A stretch of 63,090 nt of DNA, filler included. It is 7 parts of 7 records of this genome, joined end to end, with 100 filler letters (N's around TTAATTAATTAA, not from the genome) between each part and the next. Parts side by side here need not be neighbours in the genome. Positions count along the whole stretch, not along the records: positions 1 to 5,233 come from SRR31156797_31214; positions 5,334 to 12,643 come from SRR31156797_31224; 5 more parts are not named here. The stretch is one strand, 5' to 3'. The position numbers were made by a program, and so were the translations under genes. Under the pieces are notes generated by a model. The model did not search any database. It was given only the letters and a program-made list of their open reading frames with translations, and was not told the DNA's origin. This document shows, one piece after another, positions 1 to 8,740 of the stretch. The number at the start of each line of letters is the position of its first letter. Position 1 is the first letter of the stretch.

Positions 1-1
1 T

Positions 2-29
2 GTAGGGGCAATTCATGAATTGCCCCTAC
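2..29. repeat. GTAG-type REP-like perfect 28-bp palindrome
   Basis: GTAGGGGCAATTCA|TGAATTGCCCCTAC is its own reverse complement. A GTAG head plus hairpin is the REP architecture recognised by RAYT/Y1 transposases. Confidence 0.8.
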
Positions 30-48
30 GGGAAAGTACTTAGAACTT

Positions 49-74
49 GTAGGGGTTGACTCCTATGTCAACCC
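49..74 (+). repeat. Second GTAG-type REP-like hairpin
   Basis: GTAG followed by the hairpin GGGTTGAC-TCCTAT-GTCAACCC. Confidence 0.7.
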
Positions 75-103
75 TGCCTACACGGGTAAGAAAATTAATA
101 ATC

Positions 104-441
104 AAAAAAGTCCCCCTTTTCTTCAAAGGGGATTAGGGGGATTTAGGGAGATTTGAATTTAAGGATTCAAAAAATAACTTTCCTGCCTAATTCACATTAC
201 CATCTTAATAAAATAATTCACTATATGGGCGGGATTCTTCCGCCCACTTTTAATGTAAACAGAATTTTCTGTCCACCAAAAAAGTCCCCCTTTCTTTCAA
301 AGGGGGTAGTACCCGCAGGATATTTCAATGTTTTTCTGAAATATTAATTAGGGATTTAGGGGGATTTGAATTTAAGGATTCAAAAAAGAACTTTCCTGCC
401 TAATTCACTCTACCATCTTAATAAAATAATTCTCTATATGG
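104..441. repeat. Imperfect direct repeat (~90 bp, 138-228 and 351-441), each copy preceded by an AAAAAGTCCCCCTTT..AAAGGGG hairpin
   Basis: GGGATTTAGGG(A/G)GATTTGAATTTAAGGATTCAAAAAA...CTTTCCTGCCTAATTCAC..TACCATCTTAATAAAATAATTC.CTATATGG occurs twice. Confidence 0.85.
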
Positions 442-601
442 AGGATTTAACGGGATTTGAATTTCAGAAATAGCAATACTTCCACTATTATAAGATTAAT
501 TATAAAAAACTTTACAAAAAGACTATAATATTGTAAAATATAAAACTAATTCTTGCATATACACGCTAAAATTAGCAAGGTAGTAACAATGAGGAGAAGT
601 A

Positions 602-1681
602 ATGCAAAGAACTATATTAATTTATATTTTAATAAATATTATAAACTATGCGGAAATTAATGAGGGAAAAAAGAATATACTAATTCTATATTCATATTCG
701 GAAGACTACTTATGGACTCAACAAATCCAAAACGGAATATGGAAAAATATGGATATAGATGAAAGAAAGTATAATTTTTCTGTTGAATATATGGATGCAA
801 AGAAAAAGAGCAGTCAAACTGCTATAGAGAAGTTTGACTTATATTTTGAAAAAAAATACTCTGTTAAGCACTTTGATTTGATATTGGCAATTGATGATTT
901 TGCTCATAACTATATTATAGATAAAAATAAACGATTTTTCACAGATACTCCTGTTATCTCTGTAGGAGTGAATAATCTGGAGAAAAAGTATAAATATGAT
1001 AAAGCTAATCATTATTTGATGTTGGAGGAACCAAACTATAAAGAAAATATATATCTAGCCCTAAAGCAGAATCCTGATGCAAAAAAGATGTATTTGATTA
1101 CAGATCTGACAATAACCGGGCAGAGTATAAAAGAGAAAGTTAATACTATAATTGATAAGCTGGATTATGATTTTACTTTTGAATGGCTTGATGATATTAC
1201 TTATACTGAATTAAAGGAAAAAATTCATAATGTAAAAGAAGATGAGATAATAATGTATTATGTTTTCTTTAGAGATAATGAAATGAGGAGTTTTACTTAC
1301 GATCAAGTGATATCAAAATTAAGTAAAATTACAAGGAATCAAATATATGTCAATTGGAGTTTCTATATGGGAACAGGGGCCTTCGGCGGTGACTTATATG
1401 ACGGAAAGGTTTTGGGAGAGAAACTACTATCTGTGTCAAAATCTATACTTGAAAACAAAAAAGTTCCTATGATTATAGATGCCAAGCAGAGTAGTAATTT
1501 TACTTTTGACTTCGATGTTATTAAGAGTAAAGAAATCAAATTGGAATATCCCTTAGATTCAAAATTTTATAATAAATCTTTTTTCTTTTTTCCGATTAAT
1601 AATAAGATAATCATAAAACTTATATCTTATATTGTTTTAGGAGTAGGTATACTATTTGTTACGTTTGCAATAATTTTGTAA
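602..1681 (+). CDS. Membrane-anchored extracytoplasmic sensor (ABC substrate-binding-like fold) with no cytoplasmic output domain
   Basis: GAGGAG RBS and N-terminal hydrophobic segment. The KNILILYSY...WT...GI and EYMDAK motifs resemble SBP-like sensor domains of HK/GGDEF proteins. A C-terminal TM helix is followed directly by the stop. Confidence 0.65.
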   Translation: MQRTILIYILINIINYAEINEGKKNILILYSYSEDYLWTQQIQNGIWKNMDIDERKYNFSVEYMDAKKKSSQTAIEKFDLYFEKKYSVKHFDLILAIDDFAHNYIIDKNKRFFTDTPVISVGVNNLEKKYKYDKANHYLMLEEPNYKENIYLALKQNPDAKKMYLITDLTITGQSIKEKVNTIIDKLDYDFTFEWLDDITYTELKEKIHNVKEDEIIMYYVFFRDNEMRSFTYDQVISKLSKITRNQIYVNWSFYMGTGAFGGDLYDGKVLGEKLLSVSKSILENKKVPMIIDAKQSSNFTFDFDVIKSKEIKLEYPLDSKFYNKSFFFFPINNKIIIKLISYIVLGVGILFVTFAIIL

Positions 1682-1689
1682 TTATAAAA

Positions 1690-1731
1690 TAAAACTCTGT
1701 ATGCAGATATCACTTATACAGAGTTTTTTTT
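1690..1731. terminator. Bidirectional intrinsic terminator
   Basis: AAAACTCTGTAT...ATACAGAGTTTTTTT between convergent genes. Confidence 0.75.
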
Positions 1732-1732
1732 A

Positions 1733-2416
1733 TTAAATTTTTACATAAGATTTTTTCTTAGCTTTTAGCTCTAGTATTCCCAGTTTATGATTAAAATACG
1801 AACCACAATCGATACTTATAGTATGATTTCGATAAAAATGTATTCTACCATCCAGATTTGGAGTATGGCCGAATACTATGGTTTTATCGATTTTATTTAT
1901 TTTTTTCCTAATAAACTGCTCCCTTATCCACAGGACATCTTCTCTCTTTTGTTCTTCCAAACTTAGTTCAGGATTAATCCCTGCATGAAGGACAATATAA
2001 TCGCCTATTTCAACTGCTAAAGGCATCTCTTCGATAAATTTCAGATGTTTTGCCAAAAACTCAATATTATCCCTGTATGATACCAGAGTAGCTTCACCAC
2101 CACAAAAATACCATACAAAGGCATTATCCTGTGTAGTGATATACTCATAAAACATATCTTCATGATTACCCAGTAAATGAATGATGTTATAGCCATTTTC
2201 CTGCATTCCGATAATAGTCTCATATATTTGCGGAGTATTTTTTCCTCTGTCACAACTATCACCAGCGATAATCAGTAGATCGTCTTTTGTAAGTTTCATT
2301 TTATCTATAGCGTTATTTAATAGTTCAAGGCTACCATGGAGATCACTTATTACATATATTTTATTATAATCTTGGAAATTACGCTTAACGATATTAATCA
2401 TAATTCTCACATCCAA
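1733..2416 (-). CDS. Metallophosphoesterase, PrpA/ApaH-like Ser/Thr protein phosphatase (start may be 2401)
   Basis: SDLHG, GDSCDRG, LGNHE, HAG, FGHTP and IDCG motifs. Confidence 0.9.
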   Translation of the reverse strand: MDVRIMINIVKRNFQDYNKIYVISDLHGSLELLNNAIDKMKLTKDDLLIIAGDSCDRGKNTPQIYETIIGMQENGYNIIHLLGNHEDMFYEYITTQDNAFVWYFCGGEATLVSYRDNIEFLAKHLKFIEEMPLAVEIGDYIVLHAGINPELSLEEQKREDVLWIREQFIRKKINKIDKTIVFGHTPNLDGRIHFYRNHTISIDCGSYFNHKLGILELKAKKKSYVKI

Positions 2417-2574
2417 TTAGATTTATTAGTTCACTAAATCTATTTTTTTATATAGTTTTGACATATTAAAACTCTTTCTATTTAATTATAATCTATTTTT
2501 TTATAAAATCTATATAAAAACAGAAAAAAAGTAAGTTTTTTTAAAATTAGCAAGTTTATATCTCTCAAAATAAT

Positions 2575-2611
2575 AAAAAATCCACTAAAAAATATTCTTT
2601 AGTGGATTTTT
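2575..2611 (-). terminator. Intrinsic terminator after the SBP pair
   Basis: AAAAAATCCACTAAAA...TTTTAGTGGATTTTT hairpin. Confidence 0.7.
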
Positions 2612-2685
2612 CGTATTGATAATTTTCTATTTTTATTCAAACTGTCGATAAAGTTTGATTTTAGTATTTTTTGATCTAAGAAGTT

Positions 2686-3426
2686 CTAAAAACCATAATC
2701 TTTTAAAATTTCATCAAATGTTCCGTTACTTTTAATCTCTTTTAATCCTTTATTAAATACCTCTATGATCTCTTTATGATCCGGATTTTTATATCCTGCA
2801 GAAATATAGAGTTTGTTAGATGATAATGGAGTGTCTAAAAATTTAATTTTTGTTAGTAAATCCGGATTTTCCTGTGCAATTCTTACCCGTGCAACGATCT
2901 CATCCTCCAGTGTCAGGTCAATTCTTTTAAGGATGAGTTTTTTGATATTTTGAATGAGGTCATTTACCTCTGTTTTAGTAAAATTACTTGCATTAGTAAA
3001 GTCTAATCCATACCCATAACCTCTTATGATTCCTACTTTTTTTCCTGTTAAACTATCAAGATCATTATAATCTATATTACTGTTTTTAAGAGTAATGAAT
3101 TTGATTTTATTCACTGCATATGAATCACTGTAGATCATTTTCTTTGCTCTCTCTTTATTAAACCACACATTAGGTAAAATATCATATTCACCGGATTTAA
3201 CGCCGTTTTCTGCTCTTGCCCACGGCACATAGACCATTTTAACTGTGTATCCCTGAGTTTGATATGCTGCTCTAACTACTTCAAGACTCAATCCTTCTTT
3301 TGGATTTTGAGGATCAATAAAAGGTGGCCAAGGATCAGCAGCAGCGGTTATTGTTTTTCCTAGCATTCCAAAACTTAAAACTGAGTAGAGAAAAAATAAA
3401 ATAGTAATTCCTAATTTCTTGTTCAT
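2686..3426 (-). CDS. Family 3 (polar amino acid-type) solute-binding protein, paralog 2
   Basis: Signal peptide; DPWPPF, VPWARA, GIIRGYGY and FNKGL..IKSNGTF..I motifs; AGGAG RBS. Confidence 0.85.
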   Translation of the reverse strand: MNKKLGITILFFLYSVLSFGMLGKTITAAADPWPPFIDPQNPKEGLSLEVVRAAYQTQGYTVKMVYVPWARAENGVKSGEYDILPNVWFNKERAKKMIYSDSYAVNKIKFITLKNSNIDYNDLDSLTGKKVGIIRGYGYGLDFTNASNFTKTEVNDLIQNIKKLILKRIDLTLEDEIVARVRIAQENPDLLTKIKFLDTPLSSNKLYISAGYKNPDHKEIIEVFNKGLKEIKSNGTFDEILKDYGF

Positions 3427-3481
3427 AAAAACTCCTCCTTTTTAGTTTGTTGAATTGTCAATAAAGTGAGTAAAAATACAA

Positions 3482-4222
3482 TTAAAAACCATAATCTTTC
3501 AAGATTTCATCAAAAGTTCCATTACTCTTGATTTCAGCTAAACCATTATTAAATGCTTCAATAATCTCTTTGTGGTCCGGATTTTTATAACCGGTTGTTA
3601 TATATAGTTTATTTGATGATAATGGAGGATCTAAAAACTGGATTTTATTTAATAAATTTGGATCTTCCTGCGCAATTCTAACTCTGGCAACTATTTCATC
3701 CTCGAGAGTCAGGTCAATTCTTTCAAAAAGCAGCCTTTTTATATTTTGAATAAAATCATTCACTTCTGATCTATTTATATCGTTGAACTTAGCAAACTTA
3801 TCACCATAACCATAACCTCTGACAACTCCTACAGTTTTATCAGAGATACTCTCCAATCCGGAATATTGAATATTACTATCTTTTAGCGTAATAAATTTAA
3901 TTTCATTTACTGCATAAGCGTCGCTGAATAACATTTCCTTTGCTCTCTCCTCTGTATACCATGCATCAGGCAGGATATCATATTCTCCATTTATAACTCC
4001 TCTTAATGCTCTTGCCCAGGGCACATACTCCATTTTAACCACATAACCTTGAGTTTGATATGCTGCTCTAATTATCTCCATAGAAAATCCCTCTTTTGGA
4101 TTTTTAGGATCAACAAAAGGTGGCCATGGATCAGCAGCAGCAGTTATTACTCTTCCCTCCAGTGCAAAACTTAGTATTGAACAAAACAGGATTAAAATTA
4201 CAATTAATAATTTATTTTTCAT
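3482..4222 (-). CDS. Family 3 solute-binding protein, paralog 1
   Basis: Same motifs and same 246-aa length as its neighbour, with long identical stretches. Confidence 0.85.
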   Translation of the reverse strand: MKNKLLIVILILFCSILSFALEGRVITAAADPWPPFVDPKNPKEGFSMEIIRAAYQTQGYVVKMEYVPWARALRGVINGEYDILPDAWYTEERAKEMLFSDAYAVNEIKFITLKDSNIQYSGLESISDKTVGVVRGYGYGDKFAKFNDINRSEVNDFIQNIKRLLFERIDLTLEDEIVARVRIAQEDPNLLNKIQFLDPPLSSNKLYITTGYKNPDHKEIIEAFNNGLAEIKSNGTFDEILKDYGF

Positions 4223-4548
4223 GTTTCACCCCTCAATCTTTTTCTTATAAACGCAGAGTCTTGTCTTATTGTTATTATACGATGTTTTTCATAAGAACCT
4301 CTTAATTTTAGAGGTTTTTTTTGACAATTTTATTTTGTTTTAAATTTTAAATTAAATGTATATTAAAAAAGAGTTTTTATTTTCAAATAAAGTTTTATAT
4401 ATCGAAGAATATTATTTTGTTTTTAAAAAAACAGAGGACTATGCCACCTGCAAAAAAAATATAAAAAAATAATAGCTCAAAAAAGCCCTATTTTATTGAG
4501 AAGTGAACGGAATAAGAAAAAATAATTACAAAAACGAACAAAAAGCTA

Positions 4549-4577
4549 TTGACATATAAAATAATAGCTGGTAATAT
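4549..4577 (+). promoter_or_regulatory. Sigma70 promoter of PTS EIIA
   Basis: TTGACA (4549-4554), 17-bp spacer, TAATAT (4572-4577) with an extended -10 TG. Confidence 0.75.
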
Positions 4578-4593
4578 AGTGGCATAGACCACT
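4578..4593. promoter_or_regulatory. DasR/NagR (GntR-HutC) dre-like operator
   Basis: AGTGGCATAGACCACT matches the palindromic dre AGTGGTCTAGACCACT at 14 of 16 positions and overlaps the predicted TSS. Confidence 0.65.
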
Positions 4594-4690
4594 AAGCCAC
4601 ATCGGAAGGGTGGCCAGAAAAGAAAAAAATGAAAGATATAATTTGTAATTATCTAAAATTAAATTTTGAAATTAGTTTAGAGGAGGAAAG

Positions 4691-5179
4691 ATGTTTAAAA
4701 AATTATTTGGAAAGGGAAATGACTTAATAGAAGTTTACTCACCACTTGATGGAGAGGTAATCGAATTAAGCAGAGTACCAGACGAAGGTTTTTCAACAGG
4801 AGCAATAGGAGAGGGAGTAGCAATAATTCCAAATGGAGATACGATCTATTCACCAATTGACTCAGAAGAAACAGGGATATTCAGCACAAAACATGCAGTT
4901 TCATTTGTAAAAGGCAATCTTGAATTAATAGTTCACTTCGGAATTGATACTGTGAAATTAGAGGGACAAGGGTTTGAGACTTTAATTGATGAAGAAAAAG
5001 AGGTAGTAAAAAAAGGGGAAAAGCTAATTAAGTACAATAAAGAATATATAGAAGAAAACGCAAAATCAATAATCACCCCTGTAGTAGTAAGTGAAATGGA
5101 CGAGGTAGAAGAGATACTGGATATAAAGTATGGTCAGATAAAAGCGGGAGATTTACTATTTAGAGTAAAATTAAAATAG
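4691..5179 (+). CDS. crr: PTS glucose-family EIIA component
   Basis: SPLDGEVI.LSRVPDE.F, TKHA and LIVHFGIDTVKL.G.GF motifs; GGAGG RBS. Confidence 0.9.
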   Translation: MFKKLFGKGNDLIEVYSPLDGEVIELSRVPDEGFSTGAIGEGVAIIPNGDTIYSPIDSEETGIFSTKHAVSFVKGNLELIVHFGIDTVKLEGQGFETLIDEEKEVVKKGEKLIKYNKEYIEENAKSIITPVVVSEMDEVEEILDIKYGQIKAGDLLFRVKLK

Positions 5180-5233
5180 TTATTTATAACGTTCATTGTA
5201 TATAAAATTTATATATATAAATTTTAGTTTCTT

Positions 5234-5333
5234 NNNNNNNNNNNNNNNNNNNNNNNNNNNNNNNNNNNNNNNNNNNNTTAATTAATTAANNNNNNNNNNN
5301 NNNNNNNNNNNNNNNNNNNNNNNNNNNNNNNNN
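5234..5333. other. Artificial contig linker
   Basis: 44 N + TTAATTAATTAA (stops in all frames) + 44 N, with an abrupt GC shift across it. Confidence 0.98.
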
Positions 5334-5950
5334 TCGAAGAGGATATCGGCAGCCTCAAGATAGGCGTTGGCGTCGCTGACCACAGGCGGGGGGACCGCTA
5401 CCGTATGCATCCCCGCCCGCCTGGCCGCTTCCACGCCCACGGGGGAGTCCTCCATGACAAGACAGTTACCGGGATCGACGCCCAGCCGTTTCGCGGTTTC
5501 CAGAAAAACATCCGGTTCGGGCTTCCCCTTCCCCACCTCGTGTGCGGACACCCTCAAGGGGAAGAGATGGGAAACCCCGGCCGCCCTGGTGGTCTCCTCT
5601 ATGATCAGAGGGGATGAGCCCGAAGCGATGGCGACGGGAATCTTCTCCCCTATGGCCCACTGGGCGAACCTGACCATCTCCGGGAAGGCCTGGATCTCCT
5701 CGCGGGCGATCTCCAGGTAGGTCGTCTGCTGCAGGTCATGGATCTCCTCATAGGAAGCCTGTATGCCGTACTTCTCTTTGATCAGGGGGATGAAGGAGAC
5801 CGCGCCCATGCCGATGTAGGCGTCATGTTCTTCCTCACTCATAAAACCGCCGTAGGAGGCGATCATAGCCAGATCGGCTCGCAGCCAGAGAGGCTCGCTG
5901 TCCAGCAGGGTTCCGTCCATATCAAAGATTACGGCTTCTATCTTACTCAC
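5334..5950 (-). CDS. HAD-superfamily (beta-PGM/CbbY-like) phosphatase, 3'-truncated
   Basis: FDMDGTLLDSE, ASGS, KPEPD and MEDS..G motifs. The likely start is GTG at 5950 after GAGGA, overlapping the upstream stop. Confidence 0.85.
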
Positions 5951-7025
5951 TATCGTCCTCGTTCTCATTGTTTTCGTCGCATATTTCATTCCCTTTCAGT
6001 TCTTCCGATCCCAGGGCCCTTCCGCTGCTCATCAGTATGCTGACGGGCCTGAGGGCGTCTATATTGGCGCAGATGATCTTAATCGTCTCGGTCAGGGGAA
6101 TAGCCAGGAACATCCCCGTGATCCCCCAGATCCATCCCCAGAAGACCAGAGAGATAAGGATGATCACCGGCGACAGGTCCAGCTGGTTCCCCAGGAGCTT
6201 GGGATCCAGAAAGTTGCCCAGAACCATCTGGATAAGGGGCATGGTGATCAGGGTCGCCAGTATGGGATTCCAATCGGGATAGAACTGTATGAATGACATA
6301 AGGATGGTCAGCAGCATGATGATGGTGGAACCGATATTGGGGATAAAGTTGAACAATATGGCCAGGAATCCCCAGAGCAGATGGAAGTCCAGCCCGATGA
6401 AGTAGAGGGTCGTCCCTACGAGAAGCCCCGTGGCCGTGGAGATCCCCAGCTTTACCGAAAGGTAACGGGCTATCTGAGAGTTGATCTTCCGTATGATCCT
6501 CCGTATGCGGCCCCGCTCGTTCTGTCCGGGAAAGGCCATCCGCATTTTCCTCTCGGAAAGGGGATTTTCAAGCAGCATGAAGACCACGAAAAAAAGAACG
6601 ATCACCAGCTGCCCCGCAAAAGAGACGAAGGAGATGGAGAAGTTGTAAAGGCCCGAGCGGAGGCCGCCCGACAGCTGCAGGATCTCCAGGAAATCCTCTG
6701 GGAGGTTGTAACGTATTACCAGCTCATGGATGATGATACTGAAACGATCCTGATAATAGCCCAGAACGGATATAAACGAGGTGATGCTGGTATAGAAGAA
6801 CCATCCTATCATGTAGAGCCCCACCATCAGGATGACGATAACCAGAATCACCGCCATGACGCGGGGGATCCTCTTGTTAAAATGGGCGACCAGAGGCGAC
6901 AGGATGAAGGAGAGGAGCAGCGCGATGACCAGGGGAAGGAAGAGAGGCTGCAGGATATGGAGTACGGCTCCCAGGGCTATGGTGGTCAGGATGCCCAGGA
7001 AGACCGTATTTAAACGCATTTTCAT
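5943..7025 (-). CDS. AI-2E (PerM/TqsA) family transporter
   Basis: Multi-TM protein with LNFIPNIGS-like, P..LG..LDLSP and FWG.IWG..GMFLAIPL motifs. Confidence 0.9.
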   Translation of the reverse strand: MKMRLNTVFLGILTTIALGAVLHILQPLFLPLVIALLLSFILSPLVAHFNKRIPRVMAVILVIVILMVGLYMIGWFFYTSITSFISVLGYYQDRFSIIIHELVIRYNLPEDFLEILQLSGGLRSGLYNFSISFVSFAGQLVIVLFFVVFMLLENPLSERKMRMAFPGQNERGRIRRIIRKINSQIARYLSVKLGISTATGLLVGTTLYFIGLDFHLLWGFLAILFNFIPNIGSTIIMLLTILMSFIQFYPDWNPILATLITMPLIQMVLGNFLDPKLLGNQLDLSPVIILISLVFWGWIWGITGMFLAIPLTETIKIICANIDALRPVSILMSSGRALGSEELKGNEICDENNENEDDSE

Positions 7026-7125
7026 AACCTGATCATAGTATGAATCATCCCCCTCTGCCTATAGTTTTGCCCAACTGGGGAGGCGGCTCTTTCCTCGCAG
7101 GGCCGTTTTGCGCTAAGATACCGCC

Positions 7126-7728
7126 GTGGCAGACATTAACTTCAATAAGATCAGTTTCAGCATAAGCGCGCCCTACGTGAAGGGCCTACCGGCGGACCGG
7201 GGAATGGAGATAGCCTTCGCGGGCCGCTCCAACGCGGGAAAATCCAGTGCCCTGAACGCCCTGGCAGGGAGAAAGAACCTTGCCAAGACCTCATCCGTTC
7301 CCGGCAAGACACAGCATATAAACCTCTTTCGGGTTCTTGACGACCTGTACATCGCCGACCTGCCCGGTTACGGCTACGCCAAGGTTCCCCCTTCGGAGAA
7401 GAAGCGCTGGCAGCAGGAGATGACCGATTACATCCTCCACAGGGAGTGTCTGGCCGGCATCGTCCTCCTGATGGATATACGACATCCCCTGACCGAGCTG
7501 GACCGGTCCATGCTGGACCTGGCCGTCGCCGGAGACAGGGAGGTGCACATCGTGCTGAGCAAAGCGGACAAGCTGAAAACGGGCGCCCGCAAGAAAACCC
7601 TGAGCGATATGAACAAGGCCCTCAGGGGCCTGACCGTGCCCTGGAGCATACAGACTCTTTCGGCGGTGAAGAAAGACGGCGTGAAGGAGCTTCAGCAGCA
7701 GATCCGTTTCTGGTACGACGAGGCCTGA
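7126..7728 (+). CDS. engB: Ribosome biogenesis GTP-binding protein YihA/YsxC
   Basis: EIAFAGRSNAGKSS, PGKTQ, DLPGYGYA and SKADK motifs. Confidence 0.95.
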   Translation: MADINFNKISFSISAPYVKGLPADRGMEIAFAGRSNAGKSSALNALAGRKNLAKTSSVPGKTQHINLFRVLDDLYIADLPGYGYAKVPPSEKKRWQQEMTDYILHRECLAGIVLLMDIRHPLTELDRSMLDLAVAGDREVHIVLSKADKLKTGARKKTLSDMNKALRGLTVPWSIQTLSAVKKDGVKELQQQIRFWYDEA

Positions 7729-7752
7729 GGGATACGCAGTCAGTTCTGCAGC

Positions 7753-7796
7753 AAAAAACCCGTCCGTTCGGTTCCTAGGACCGCTCAGGACGGGTT
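7753..7796 (-). terminator. Intrinsic terminator between convergent genes
   Basis: AAAAAACCCGTCC...GGACGGGTT. Confidence 0.65.
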
Positions 7797-7851
7797 CGAC
7801 TTTATGAAATGATCCTTACCCGTCACATTGTGACCGGGAACGGGACTAGCT

Positions 7852-8049
7852 TTACAGATTCGTTTCTTTCAGGTATTCGGTCCTCAGGCAGCTCTCGAAA
7901 AGGGCCTTGGGCATGAACTCCTTGCGCTCTTCCATCCAGCCGCTTCTGTCTCTCGTTATCTTGACCTGATAGCCGTCCTTGCTTTCCCGCAGGATTTCCA
8001 GGATCTCCTTCCGTCCCGGAGTGCCTTTGATCGTATAGGCTTTATTCAT
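7852..8049 (-). CDS. Small hypothetical protein (65 aa, MNKAYTIKG...)
   Basis: AAGGAG RBS before the ATG at 8049, host-like codon usage, downstream terminator. Confidence 0.7.
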   Translation of the reverse strand: MNKAYTIKGTPGRKEILEILRESKDGYQVKITRDRSGWMEERKEFMPKALFESCLRTEYLKETNL

Positions 8050-8200
8050 TTTGAACTCCTTTCCCGGTGCGCTATTGCCTCTCATCAGAAAAACCTCACT
8101 CGGGTACAGTAAGATTATCGGCATATAAGAATCCGATATTAGCAGCACTTATATCTTTCCGGGTCTTGCCTTTTCACCGAGGGTTTGAAAAGATAAGGCT

Positions 8201-8740
8201 ATGCCTGTAATTGCACTGGGAGGAATAAAGCACAGCGGGAAATCCACGGTGGGTCGCATCCTGTCCACCGAAAGGAACATCCCCTTTCACGATCTGGACG
8301 ATCTGATACGGACCACCCTCCCCCCGAAGTGGACGATCCGGAAATGGTACACAGAGAAGGGCCGTCAGGCCTTTATGGACAGCGAGGCCGAGTCTCTCCG
8401 GCGCTATATGGACGCGGCGGCTCCCGAGGACCTGCGGCTTCTCGGCCTGGGAGGAGGAACCCTTGAGAACCCTGCGGCCCTGGAGATCCTCAAGACGGAG
8501 AAGGCCTGCATCATCATCCTGGACGAGGAGGAAGCTGTCCTCTTTCACAGGATTATGCGAAACGGGCTCCCCCCCTTCCTGGATCCCGACTCTCCGGAAG
8601 AGTCATTTCACGGTCTCTACGAGCACAGGCGCGGAACCCTGCTGAAGCAGGGAGATCAAATCGTAAATATCCACGGTCTGGAGCGGCAGGAAAGCGCCGC
8701 GGCGGTAGACCGGGTCATCAGGAGTTTATATGGCGGGTAA
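8201..8740 (+). CDS. aroK: Shikimate kinase
   Basis: GIKHSGKSTVG P-loop, DLDD, GGG; overlaps aroC. Confidence 0.85.
   Translation: MPVIALGGIKHSGKSTVGRILSTERNIPFHDLDDLIRTTLPPKWTIRKWYTEKGRQAFMDSEAESLRRYMDAAAPEDLRLLGLGGGTLENPAALEILKTEKACIIILDEEEAVLFHRIMRNGLPPFLDPDSPEESFHGLYEHRRGTLLKQGDQIVNIHGLERQESAAAVDRVIRSLYGG

Noticed and set aside
153-347. 64-aa ORF
   Set aside because: It lies wholly within the repeat mosaic and has no recognisable protein features.
4594-4616. Leader hairpin before crr as a RAT or riboswitch
   Set aside because: It does not resemble the BglG/LicT RAT consensus and no terminator follows.
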